Shown in pieces: positions 8,605-17,100 of a stretch of 64,000 nt of DNA. The notes under the pieces were generated by a model. It made no database searches and was not told the origin of the DNA. It saw only the letters and a list, made by a program, of their open reading frames with translations. This DNA is from Limisphaerales bacterium. GTDB taxonomy: Bacteria; Verrucomicrobiota; Verrucomicrobiia; Limisphaerales; UBA1100. The position numbers and the translations under genes are program-made. Position 1 is the stretch's first letter, and each line of letters opens with the position of its first letter. Location: contig JACNJL010000018.1 in NCBI GenBank assembly GCA_014382585.1, positions 22,217-86,216 on the forward strand, read 5' to 3'.

Positions 8605-9638
8605 CGAAGCGAGACGATTCCATTCGACTGAATCGATCTCCCCGCAGCTTCGCATAATTCCACCGACCCCGCACCATCGACGGCGGTGACCACGCGGGGC
8701 GGTTTGCCATTGCGAATACATTCAGCAAAGTACGCGACTTGGCCGGCGTAGCCATCGGGCGCATCGAGCTTGAGCGTTTCGGGCTCTTTGCCTTGTTCAA
8801 AAATTTTCAGACAATCCTCCTCGCGTGTGTTGTCGAAATCTGCCGTCGCGCGTTCAAAGTTTACGGTGTATTCCATACTGAAGCCGAAGCCTTGGGTCAT
8901 CGCCCAGCTGCCTTCGGCGGAAACGGCGGCGCCGCAGTCCACTTCATATTGCGCTAGCACGTGATCGATCTCGCCGCTGACTTTGGTGTGGCCCTGGGCG
9001 TAAATGGATTTGGGTTTGCCAAAGCAAAAGCGCACAAAATCGGCATCGTGAATGTGCAAATCCAGCAACGCGCCGCCGGATTTTTTGCCATCGAGAAAGG
9101 TTGATTGTCCCCAAGCCGGGGCCGCGGCTACGCGGCGAAATCGCGCGCTTAAAACACGTCCGTAGCGTCGATCGTCAATGGCCTCTTTCACCCACGCCCA
9201 TTCCGGCCAAAAACGCAGGCACATAGCGGGCATAAAAAAACCTTTGGAGGCGGTGGCTGCCACGGTGATTTCGCGTGCTTCATCACTGGTGCGGGTCATT
9301 GGTTTTTCGCAGAGCACGTGCTTGCCCGAGGCCAGCGCGGCGAGGGCTTGTTCGTGATGGAGAAAAGTAGGCGTGGTAATGTCGATGAGATCGATGGAAT
9401 CATCGGCGAGCAATTCGTCGAGGCTGCGGTATGCGGCGATGTGGGTCATGTCCAGTTTTACCGGTTCATCGCTGCCCACGTTTCCGTGGACGTCAGAAAA
9501 ATCCCCATCAAGATGCCGGCCGCTCGGGTTGCACAAAGCCGCAATTTTGACGCCCTCCACTTGTTGGTACGCGCGAATATGCGTCACCGCCATAAATCCT
9601 GTGCCCACAACTCCAACTCGAATCTGATCCGACATCAT
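8601..9638 (-). CDS. Gfo/Idh/MocA family NAD(P)-dependent oxidoreductase
   Basis: N-terminal Rossmann motif IRVGVVGTGFMAVTHIRAY, plus the EKP motif (HVLCEKPM) typical of the family. Confidence 0.8.
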   Translation of the reverse strand: MMSDQIRVGVVGTGFMAVTHIRAYQQVEGVKIAALCNPSGRHLDGDFSDVHGNVGSDEPVKLDMTHIAAYRSLDELLADDSIDLIDITTPTFLHHEQALAALASGKHVLCEKPMTRTSDEAREITVAATASKGFFMPAMCLRFWPEWAWVKEAIDDRRYGRVLSARFRRVAAAPAWGQSTFLDGKKSGGALLDLHIHDADFVRFCFGKPKSIYAQGHTKVSGEIDHVLAQYEVDCGAAVSAEGSWAMTQGFGFSMEYTVNFERATADFDNTREEDCLKIFEQGKEPETLKLDAPDGYAGQVAYFAECIRNGKPPRVVTAVDGAGSVELCEAAGRSIQSNGIVSLR

Positions 9639-10379
9639 TTACCCTTGTTTCTTTTTCGGCCATCGGCGCAAGCCGTGTTGGAACCATAACCGCCAGACCA
9701 TCCAAACCGCTTCCCACGCGATGTGCCACGACATTTTTGAGGTGCCTTCGATGCGCTCGGTGAACACAATGTTTTGTTCCGCCACGCGCAGGCCTTGCCG
9801 CCAAATTTTGTGGGTCATTTCGATTTGAAAACTGTAGCCATTCGAACGTACGGTAGCGAGGTTTACACGTTCAAGTGCCCTGCGGCGGAAACATTTGTAG
9901 CCGCCGGTGGGATCGCTGAAAGGCATGCCGGTGATCCACTGTACATATTTGGCTGCGCCGAGGCTGAGCATCAATCGCCGTAACGGCCAGTTATTGACCC
10001 GGATGCCGCCGCGATAGCGCGTGCCTAAAACAAGGTCAGCATTTTTTGCTTCGGCCAAAAACGCGGGAATGTCGTTGGGGTCGTGAGAGAAATCGCCGTC
10101 CATTTCAAAAATTAACTCGTAGTCGCGCTCGAGTGCCCACTTAAAGCCCGCGCAGTATGCTCTTCCGAGGCCCTCTTTTTGTTTGCGATGCAGTACGTGA
10201 ACAAAACTTTTTTTAGAAGATAATTCATCAGCCAAGTCGCCTGTGCCATCCGGGGAATTGTCATCAACCACTAAAACGTCCACTGGCAATTTTTCGAGCG
10301 CCTCCACGATTGCAGGGAGGTTGTCGCGTTCATTGTAAGTCGGCACAATGACGAGCGTTTCGTGGTCGGCATTCGGCAT
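9639..10379 (-). CDS. GT2 polyprenol-phosphate mannosyltransferase (Dpm1/Ppm1-like)
   Basis: LVIVPTYNERDNLPAIVEAL ... VLVVDDNSPDGTGDLA ... FEMDGDFSHDP is a classic dolichyl/polyprenyl-phosphate mannose synthase pattern. Its stop abuts the start of the downstream oxidoreductase (9638/9639). Confidence 0.8.
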   Translation of the reverse strand: MPNADHETLVIVPTYNERDNLPAIVEALEKLPVDVLVVDDNSPDGTGDLADELSSKKSFVHVLHRKQKEGLGRAYCAGFKWALERDYELIFEMDGDFSHDPNDIPAFLAEAKNADLVLGTRYRGGIRVNNWPLRRLMLSLGAAKYVQWITGMPFSDPTGGYKCFRRRALERVNLATVRSNGYSFQIEMTHKIWRQGLRVAEQNIVFTERIEGTSKMSWHIAWEAVWMVWRLWFQHGLRRWPKKKQG

Positions 10380-10485
10380 GCCGCAGAATTGCGGGCGAAA
10401 GGGGCGGGGCGCAAGGTTTTTAACAGGGGGCGAAGGATGATTCGGATTTTGTTTTTGTCATGTTGAAAATCCTACTCATCCCTGT

Positions 10486-11160
10486 TTATTCCTTAGGCAA
10501 CAATGTTTTCAGAGGGCATGCATCGCAGTTCGGATCGCGCGGCTTGCAGTGGCGATTGCCGATGACGACCAATTGCGCGTGGTAATCGCGCCAATAATCC
10601 AGTTTTTCCGCGCCGCGTTTTTGGCTCAGGGAGTCGGCGCAGAGCGACTGCAAGTCATCGTAGCCAACCTCGGCGTCGCACCAACCGTGTCGTTCAAAAA
10701 TGCGTTTCGTGTAGGTATCAATCACGAAACTGCTGTGGTCGCCCGCGTAGAGCAACATACTGTCAGCCGTTTCGGGGCCCACGCCGTTGATGGCCAGCAG
10801 GCGTTCGCGGATAATGGCGGTGTTGCCGTTGAAAAGGTGTTTCAAACTAGCGCGATGTTGTTCGACGAGTACGTCCACAAAATTGCGGAGCCGTTTGGCT
10901 TTGATATTGAAATAACCCGCGGGCCGAATGAGCTGCGAAAGTTTGGCGTTTGAGAGGTTGTAGATTTTCTTGGGCGTCAGCACCCGTGCGGATTTGAGAT
11001 TGGCCAAGGCATGCTCCACATTTTTCCATGACGTATTTTGTGTGAGGATTGCGCCCACACAAATTTCGAACGGCGAATCCGCCGGCCACCATTTCAAATG
11101 CCCATGCGCCCGCCGCATCAGGCGATAGGCTTGGCGGAGCTCGGCTTGCATCCGCGGCAT
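10486..11160 (-). CDS. HhH-GPD superfamily endonuclease III-related DNA glycosylase-like protein
   Basis: ICVGAILTQNTSWKNV, the LLAINGVGPETADSMLLYA helix-hairpin-helix, and a C-terminal Cys cluster CKPRDPNCDACPL. The start is placed at the ATG at 11160. The track start at 11187 is a TTG. Confidence 0.65.
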   Translation of the reverse strand: MPRMQAELRQAYRLMRRAHGHLKWWPADSPFEICVGAILTQNTSWKNVEHALANLKSARVLTPKKIYNLSNAKLSQLIRPAGYFNIKAKRLRNFVDVLVEQHRASLKHLFNGNTAIIRERLLAINGVGPETADSMLLYAGDHSSFVIDTYTKRIFERHGWCDAEVGYDDLQSLCADSLSQKRGAEKLDYWRDYHAQLVVIGNRHCKPRDPNCDACPLKTLLPKE

Positions 11161-11227
11161 CGTGGTGACGAATCGGGAGGGTGTCAATTCAGGTTGAAAT
11201 TCGCACCCGAAATTTTACCATTGGCAA

Positions 11228-11716
11228 ATGGCGTACGTAAAAAAATCCTGGCGGGAAAAGTTGGCCGATGACAAGGATTTGCCAAAAATATTCGACACCC
11301 GAAACGGAAAAGTCTCCAAGAAATGGGGGGAAGGATTGTGCGCCATTCCCCGCCCGCGGGATGTGGCGGCCTTTATGCAAAAAGTGCGGAAAGGTAAGCT
11401 CACCACCATAAACGAATTGCGTGCCGCCGTGGCCGCACAACATGGGGCGGATTTCGGGTGCCCGATTACAACGGGCATTTTTGCTTGGATCGCCGCGCAG
11501 GCGGCCGAGGAGGCACTGTTGGATGGACGCAAGCGCGTGACACCCTATTGGCGAACGTTAAAAACCGGTGGCGAGGTGAATCCGAAATATCCCGGCGGAG
11601 TGGCTGCTCAGCGGAAATTGCTGGAAGCCGAAGGACATAAGGTGCTGAAGAAAGGGAAGCGATATTTGGTGGCTGATTTCGAATCACGGATTGAAACCCT
11701 CATTGCAAATCCGTGA
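11228..11716 (+). CDS. MGMT-family DNA-binding-domain protein (alkyltransferase-like)
   Basis: IPRPRDVAAFMQKVRKGKLTTINELR ... VTPYWRTLKTGGEVNPKYPGGVAAQRKLLEAEGHKV resembles the 6-O-methylguanine-DNA methyltransferase DNA-binding domain. No PCHR active-site Cys motif is present. Confidence 0.5.
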   Translation: MAYVKKSWREKLADDKDLPKIFDTRNGKVSKKWGEGLCAIPRPRDVAAFMQKVRKGKLTTINELRAAVAAQHGADFGCPITTGIFAWIAAQAAEEALLDGRKRVTPYWRTLKTGGEVNPKYPGGVAAQRKLLEAEGHKVLKKGKRYLVADFESRIETLIANP

Positions 11717-11731
11717 AAATCGAGTCTGATT

Positions 11732-13135
11732 TTAGGCCAACAATTGTTGGCAGGCAGTTTGGAGGCGTTTCATTTGGGCGGCAGTTTTGGTTTCGAGGTA
11801 GCAGCGGATAACCGGTTCAGTGCCGCTGGCGCGGAAGGCAACCCATTCACCATTTGGAAGAAGAAATTTGTAGCCGTCGGTGGTGATGAATTTTTCGACT
11901 GGTGTGCTGCCGATGGTGTCGAGGCCTTGGGCGAGGCGTTTTAGGATGGCGGCTTTTTTTTCGGGGTTGATGTGGATATTGATGCGGTCGGTGTAGAATT
12001 TTCCAATTTGATTCTCGAGCAGCTTTAGGAGTTGGCCAAGAGATTTGTTTTCGACGGCGACGAGTTCGGCCATTAAGAGACAGGCGAGGATGCCGTCTTT
12101 TTCGGGCACGTGGCCTTTGACGCTGAGGCCGCCACTTTCTTCGCCGCCGACGATGATGGGCTCGGATTCCATAAGCGCACCGATGTATTTGAAGCCGACG
12201 GGAGTTTCGTGGAGCGGCACGCCAAGATGGGCGGCAATGGCGTCAATCATGTGGCTGGTGGGTACGGTGCGCACGGCGGCACCGGTCCAGCGGCGATTTT
12301 TTTTGAGATGATAGAGCGTGAGAGCGAGAATTTGGTTTGGGGTGAGCCAGGAACCATCGCGATCGACAATGCCGAAGCGGTCGGCATCGCCATCGAGCCC
12401 GAGGGCGAGCTGGGCTTGGCCGGTTTTTACGCACGCGGCGGCCGCGGCCATGCCTTCGGCGCTGGGTTCGGGTGGTTGTCCGCCAAAAAGCGGGTTGGGA
12501 TGTTGATGGAAACGGGTGATTTTGACGCCGACTTCTTCCAGCAAAATATCAAGATAACCGCGGCCGGCGCCGTACATAAGTTCGACAGCGATTTTCATCT
12601 TCGCTTTTTTGATAGCGTCAAAGTCGACGAGCTGGCGGAGTCGGCGGAAATACGCGGGGCGTGGGTCGATTTCTTTGCATTCGAATGTGCCGATGACGGA
12701 GCCATCAAACTTCCACTGATCTTTTTGGCGGCGAGCGATATTGTATTCGACTGCGCGGGTGGCTTCCATCGTGGCGGGGGCGCCGTTGGCGAGGGAAAAT
12801 TTCAGGCCCTGCCATTCGGCGGGGTTGTGGCTGGCGGTGAGGTTGATGCCGGCGGCGGCTTTGCGGGCGCGGATGGCGTGGCTAATGACGGGCGTGGGCG
12901 TGTCGCGATCGCAGAGCAGGGGGGTGAGATTGTTTGCGGCAAGCACTTCGGCAGCGGCAATCGCGAAGTCGCGGCCGAGGAATCGGGCGTCATGACCGAG
13001 AATGACGGTTGAGCGTTCTGAGTTTTTTAAGTAATCGGCAATGCCTTGGGTGGCAAGTCGAACGCGGTCGAAGGTGAAATCGCGCGCGATGAGGCCGCGC
13101 CAGCCGGAGGTGCCAAACTGGATTGGGTCCGCCAT
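11732..13135 (-). CDS. Phosphoglucomutase/phosphomannomutase family enzyme
   Basis: FGTSGWRG at the N-terminus, the phosphoserine loop LTASHNPAEWQG, the metal loop GLDGDADR, and GGEESGG. Confidence 0.85.
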   Translation of the reverse strand: MADPIQFGTSGWRGLIARDFTFDRVRLATQGIADYLKNSERSTVILGHDARFLGRDFAIAAAEVLAANNLTPLLCDRDTPTPVISHAIRARKAAAGINLTASHNPAEWQGLKFSLANGAPATMEATRAVEYNIARRQKDQWKFDGSVIGTFECKEIDPRPAYFRRLRQLVDFDAIKKAKMKIAVELMYGAGRGYLDILLEEVGVKITRFHQHPNPLFGGQPPEPSAEGMAAAAACVKTGQAQLALGLDGDADRFGIVDRDGSWLTPNQILALTLYHLKKNRRWTGAAVRTVPTSHMIDAIAAHLGVPLHETPVGFKYIGALMESEPIIVGGEESGGLSVKGHVPEKDGILACLLMAELVAVENKSLGQLLKLLENQIGKFYTDRINIHINPEKKAAILKRLAQGLDTIGSTPVEKFITTDGYKFLLPNGEWVAFRASGTEPVIRCYLETKTAAQMKRLQTACQQLLA

Positions 13136-13139
13136 GTGG

Positions 13140-13523
13140 TTAGCGCTTCCAGTCGAAGGCCTTCTTCTTGACGGCGTATAAATAACCGACGAACAGGATG
13201 CCCAGGAAGGAAATCATGGAGCCAAAGATGAGCGCGGCGTTTGTCGCGAGCATATCTTTATATACGACGGCCCACGGGAAGAGAAAAATAACTTCGATGT
13301 CAAACAGGATAAAGAGCATCGCCACGAGATAAAACTTAACCGACAAACGTGGTGCGCCTTCGCCTTCGGCGGGCATACCGCATTCGTAGGGGGTATCTTT
13401 AGTGGGGTTGGTGTCGGCACGTTTGCCGATGAGTTTGGAGAGAATAAGATTGCCGGCGGCGAAGGCCACGGCCACGCCCAGCAAAATCAGCACCGGAAGG
13501 TATTGTTGTAATTGCCCGTCCAC
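13140..13523 (-). CDS. nuoA: NADH-quinone oxidoreductase subunit A
   Basis: 127 aa with 3 TM helices. PYECGMPAEG and FYLVAMLFILFDIEVIFLFPWAVV are hallmark NuoA/ND3 motifs. Confidence 0.85.
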   Translation of the reverse strand: MDGQLQQYLPVLILLGVAVAFAAGNLILSKLIGKRADTNPTKDTPYECGMPAEGEGAPRLSVKFYLVAMLFILFDIEVIFLFPWAVVYKDMLATNAALIFGSMISFLGILFVGYLYAVKKKAFDWKR

Positions 13524-13573
13524 GCGGGTTTTGTAGGCGCGGGGAAGGGTGACGTCCAGCGCAAACGCTATTT

Positions 13574-14275
13574 GTGGCTTGCGTTTTTAGCCAGGATTCT
13601 CAACATTCGCCGCCCGTGGAATCCACAGAAACACATCCGGACCGGCTCATTGATTTTTGGGAATGGCTGGTCGAGAACCGTATGCAGGTAATTTTGGCGA
13701 TCATCATTGCCATCGGTGCTGTGCTGATTGTGTATACCCAGCGGGTCAATGCGAAATTAGCCGAGGAAGAGTCGGGTGAGGATGTGTTGGCGGCCATGGA
13801 TCTACGATTTTCCACGGATGAGGTGAACCCGTTTGTTACGGCTTCGGAACGGTTTGGCAACGTGGCGGTTAATCATCCGGGTACTGCGGGTGCGAGCAAC
13901 GCAAAATTTTTGCAGGCGAGTGCTTTGTTTGATGAGGGGAAATTTAAAGAAGCCGATGCTGCTTTTGCCGGGTATGTTTCGGAAAACCCGCGGAGTCCGT
14001 TGTTGCCTGCCGCGGCGTTGGGACAGGCAGCGTGCAAAGCTTCGCTGGTTGATTCGGGTGCGGTGGCCGCTTACGAAAATGTCCGCAACCAATATCCCGG
14101 CACATCAGAAGCCGTGCAGGCGACGCTTGCGTTGGGCCGAATGGCGCTCGAAGCGAAGGATGCACCCAAGGCGCGCGAATTACTCACATCCGTTTCCACC
14201 AATCGCGTGTCCCTATTTTGGGGTACGATCGCGGATGACTTATTAAAGCAACTTCCGCCGGTTGAAGATAAATAA
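13574..14275 (+). CDS. Membrane-anchored TPR-like protein (YfgM-like architecture)
   Basis: A single N-terminal TM helix (VILAIIIAIGAVLIVY) is followed by an Ala-rich helical repeat region (KFLQASALFDEGKFKEADAAF, AVQATLALGRMALEAKDAPKA). The start is a GTG at 13574 and is uncertain. Confidence 0.4.
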   Translation: MACVFSQDSQHSPPVESTETHPDRLIDFWEWLVENRMQVILAIIIAIGAVLIVYTQRVNAKLAEEESGEDVLAAMDLRFSTDEVNPFVTASERFGNVAVNHPGTAGASNAKFLQASALFDEGKFKEADAAFAGYVSENPRSPLLPAAALGQAACKASLVDSGAVAAYENVRNQYPGTSEAVQATLALGRMALEAKDAPKARELLTSVSTNRVSLFWGTIADDLLKQLPPVEDK

Positions 14276-14445
14276 GCCTGCTTTTTCGACGTTTGTTGAA
14301 AATCCCTGACGTTGAATAACTCGGCCTTGACTCAAGGCACGACAATCCCTTTTCTAATCCCACGCCAAGATTGTGGCGGTTTGCCAAAAGGAGGCAACGA
14401 GGTTACTCAACGAGTGACTCAGGGAAACATTCAAGGAGAAAAGCT

Positions 14446-15423
14446 ATGGCTGACGTGACTGGTAATCCATCGAACCCACCCATCGAATATCGTGCTGCGC
14501 CCGTGGAGGCTGCGCCGCAACAGGCCGTTTGGCCTGCTACTCAAACTGCCGCTGCCGCGGAGGACATTGCGACTGCGCCAATGGTGAAACAGATTTTATC
14601 AGAATTCATCGGCACGTTTGCGCTCGTGTTCGTGGCGGTCACCACGCTGTACTGGTTTGCGGTGGATTTCATCGCTATCGCATTGGCCAGTGCGCTGGTG
14701 GTGGCATTGATGGTGGGGGTGTTTGCGCGCTTTGGCAGTGGCCAATTTAACCCTGCCATCACACTGGGGCTTGTGCTCGGAGGGCGATTGAAATTCTCGC
14801 GCGCGGCCATAATCATACCGGTACAGTTGGTGGCCGCAGTTTTGGCGTCGTTGATGCTCGTCAATTTCCTGGGCCAAACAGAAAATCTTCAGTGGCGCTA
14901 CCCCAAGGTTGCTGCTGCTGAGCCGGGTGTGGCAGCAGGTGCGTTGGCACCGCAGGGCGGCCAACCGGAGTTTGGCCTGCTCGCGCCTGTCGAAGCAGGA
15001 ACACCGCGCATCCCCGAGCGGGTTGAAATTCCCGAGCCCATTGGCCGCGCCCAGCCGCGTCCGATCCCCGGTTCGCAACGGGTTACTATTTTACAGGCCA
15101 TTGTGCTTGAGGCCGTGCTCACTTTTTTCTGGGGCATGGCGGCTTTCGCGGGATTGCGCCGGGGCGCACATCCGTTGCTTGGCCCGGTGCTCATCGGTGC
15201 GGCGGTGGCGGTTGGAATTTTGACTGCGGGGATTCTTACCGGCGGCGCAATGAATCCGGCGCGTGCTTTCGGGCCTGCGCTGGCGTCGGGTGCCTGGGCG
15301 AATCAAATGGTTTACTGGATCGGTCCCATGATAGGCGGCGCGCTGGCGGGCGTGATCTGCGGTCACTTCCTGTTTAACGATGAGGAGGAATCATCGGATG
15401 CACCGGCGTACCCGGCCACTTAA
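14446..15423 (+). CDS. MIP/aquaporin family channel with N-terminal extension and a long inserted loop
   Basis: Both NPA boxes are present (GQFNPAITLG and GGAMNPARAFGPAL). The start is trimmed to the ATG at 14446, which is preceded by caaggagaaaagct (SD-like). Confidence 0.8.
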   Translation: MADVTGNPSNPPIEYRAAPVEAAPQQAVWPATQTAAAAEDIATAPMVKQILSEFIGTFALVFVAVTTLYWFAVDFIAIALASALVVALMVGVFARFGSGQFNPAITLGLVLGGRLKFSRAAIIIPVQLVAAVLASLMLVNFLGQTENLQWRYPKVAAAEPGVAAGALAPQGGQPEFGLLAPVEAGTPRIPERVEIPEPIGRAQPRPIPGSQRVTILQAIVLEAVLTFFWGMAAFAGLRRGAHPLLGPVLIGAAVAVGILTAGILTGGAMNPARAFGPALASGAWANQMVYWIGPMIGGALAGVICGHFLFNDEEESSDAPAYPAT

Positions 15424-15452
15424 TCAACTTACAAACAACTTGAGCAACGGAA

Positions 15453-15490
15453 GCCCCGGTGCCCTCCCATGAGGCCGGGGTTTTCTTTTT
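15453..15490 (+). terminator. Rho-independent terminator downstream of the aquaporin gene
   Basis: The stem ccccgg (15454-15459) pairs with ccgggg (15475-15480). An inner helix cctc (15463-15466) pairs with gagg (15471-15474). A T-run ttttcttttt follows (15481-15490). Confidence 0.6.
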
Positions 15491-15494
15491 GAAA

Positions 15495-15899
15495 ATGAAC
15501 GAGCCCATTGAGGTCGCAGCAGGATTAGTTTTTCACAAAGGTCGCCTGCTCATTCACCAGCGTCCGGCGGGTGTGCATTTAGCGGGATTGTGGGAATTTC
15601 CGGGCGGCAAACGCGAAACCGGCGAAACCATGCCGCAATGTCTCCAGCGCGAAATGATGGAGGAACTTGGCGTTACTGTGGCCGTCGGTCAGTGCATCGA
15701 AACACTTACCCATGCATACCCCGAAAAAGTGGTGCGATTGGAGTTTTATTTGTGTGAGCTGATCAAAGGCGAACCGGCCGGGCTCGACGGTCAACGGTTT
15801 GTTTGGGTAACGGCGGATGAATTGGATGAGTATGAGTTTCCTGCTGCCGATGCTTGTTTGCTTGCCCGGTTGAAAACGGAAACGGATTGGTGGGAATAA
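15495..15899 (+). CDS. NUDIX hydrolase (MutT-like)
   Basis: NUDIX box GLWEFPGGKRETGETMPQCLQREMMEELGV. The start was moved to the ATG at 15495 because the track's upstream extension would run through the terminator hairpin. Confidence 0.8.
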   Translation: MNEPIEVAAGLVFHKGRLLIHQRPAGVHLAGLWEFPGGKRETGETMPQCLQREMMEELGVTVAVGQCIETLTHAYPEKVVRLEFYLCELIKGEPAGLDGQRFVWVTADELDEYEFPAADACLLARLKTETDWWE

Positions 15900-15902
15900 A
15901 AA

Positions 15903-15979
15903 TGGTCGGGGTGGTGAGGTTCGAACTCACGACCTCGTCGTCCCGAACGACGCGCGCTACCAGGCTGCGCTACACCCCG
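15903..15979 (-). tRNA. tRNA-Pro: tRNA-Pro, anticodon CGG
   Basis: The reverse complement folds by hand as a 77-nt cloverleaf: CGGGGTG-TA-GCGC-AGCCTGGTA-GCGC-G-CGTCG-TTCGGGA-CGACG-AGGTC-GTGAG-TTCGAAC-CTCAC-CACCCCG-A-CCA. The anticodon loop TTCGGGA gives CGG, and CCA is encoded. Confidence 0.92.
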
Positions 15980-16164
15980 ACTCAAAAATTTCGGAGCCAT
16001 TTGGAATCCGAAAGGGCGGGCATTAAAGCGTATCGAGTCTTAAATGCAACGCGTTTTTTTGGTGAACTGAAAGTAACAACAAAATCCGGTAACAACCGGA
16101 CTAACAATTGACCGCGGCCGAAAGTGGGATACATTGGGTGGGTCGCTTTGAGGCGGCTGGAATA

Positions 16165-17100
16165 ATGCAACGCAATTTGCTCATTTTAATTTTAGGAATG
16201 CTGCTCTTTGACGGCTGGCAGGAAGCAGCTGCTTCACAGGCACCGTGGCGCATGGGATTGCGCTTAAACAATCAACAAGCGCGGCGCGGTTTTGCCTTGC
16301 TGCCCTTTGCGCGGGGTGCGCCGATCATTCCCGTGCGAACTTGGGCGCCGACGAATAACCCTGCGCTCCTTTCCACGAACCGTGCTGTTTTGCCCGACAC
16401 GCTTCGTGTGCTGTTTCTGGGCAACTCCCTCACGGGTGGTTACAATATGCCCGAAGTACTCACTCGCATGAGCCGCACGGGTAAACTGAAAATCAAGGCA
16501 ACCGCGCGCGCGCCATTTGGCTACACGCTCGATAATCACATGGCCGATATTTCCAGCCGTACAAATATTTCCACGACCGTTCAGGATCCGCTCTCCTTCA
16601 CCAACCGGCTTGCGTGGCATGCAGTCATTTTGCAGGAGCACAGTCTGGTTCCGGTTTACAACTGGCAGCGATTAGTGGACTCCGTACAGCGGCTTGATGG
16701 GGCAGTGCGTACGGCACGCACTCAGTCGGCGTTGTTTATGCCGCAATCGCGGCCGGATTCGATTTTTTCGGAAGCAGAGTTTTTGGATCGATCCGAGGGT
16801 GCGTACCGATTGGCCGCTCAGCGCAACGGGAATCTCCCGGTGATCCCCGGCGGTCGCGCATGGCAGATGGTAGAAATGCGCGGCGAAAATAATATCCAGC
16901 TACGGGAACGCGATGGTCAGTTGCCTACGGCTCATGGCGCTTATTTGAATGCCTGTGTCATGTATGCCTTTTTGACGTGGCAAACTCCACTCGGTCTTTC
17001 TAATGGTGGGCTGCAACAGGTTAGTGAACGTGATGCGGAATATCTCCAGCGGATTGCGTGGGAGTTGTTTGTGTCGCGCCGGAGTGGCGTGCCGTTCTAG
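16165..17100 (+). CDS. Secreted SGNH/GDSL-like hydrolase family protein (tentative)
   Basis: The signal-like N-terminus MQRNLLILILGMLLFDGWQEAAA is followed by LRVLFLGNSLTGGYNMPE (block-I-like GNS motif) and a late D..H-like segment (RDGQLPTAHGAYL). The start was trimmed to the ATG at 16165. Confidence 0.4.
   Translation: MQRNLLILILGMLLFDGWQEAAASQAPWRMGLRLNNQQARRGFALLPFARGAPIIPVRTWAPTNNPALLSTNRAVLPDTLRVLFLGNSLTGGYNMPEVLTRMSRTGKLKIKATARAPFGYTLDNHMADISSRTNISTTVQDPLSFTNRLAWHAVILQEHSLVPVYNWQRLVDSVQRLDGAVRTARTQSALFMPQSRPDSIFSEAEFLDRSEGAYRLAAQRNGNLPVIPGGRAWQMVEMRGENNIQLRERDGQLPTAHGAYLNACVMYAFLTWQTPLGLSNGGLQQVSERDAEYLQRIAWELFVSRRSGVPF

Noticed and set aside
14276-14445. Possible promoter (ttgact at about 14325) and a small 7-bp hairpin gttactc-aac-gagtgac upstream of the aquaporin gene
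   Set aside because: The -10 match is poor, and the hairpin is short with a 3-nt loop. This is not enough evidence to call a regulatory element or riboswitch.
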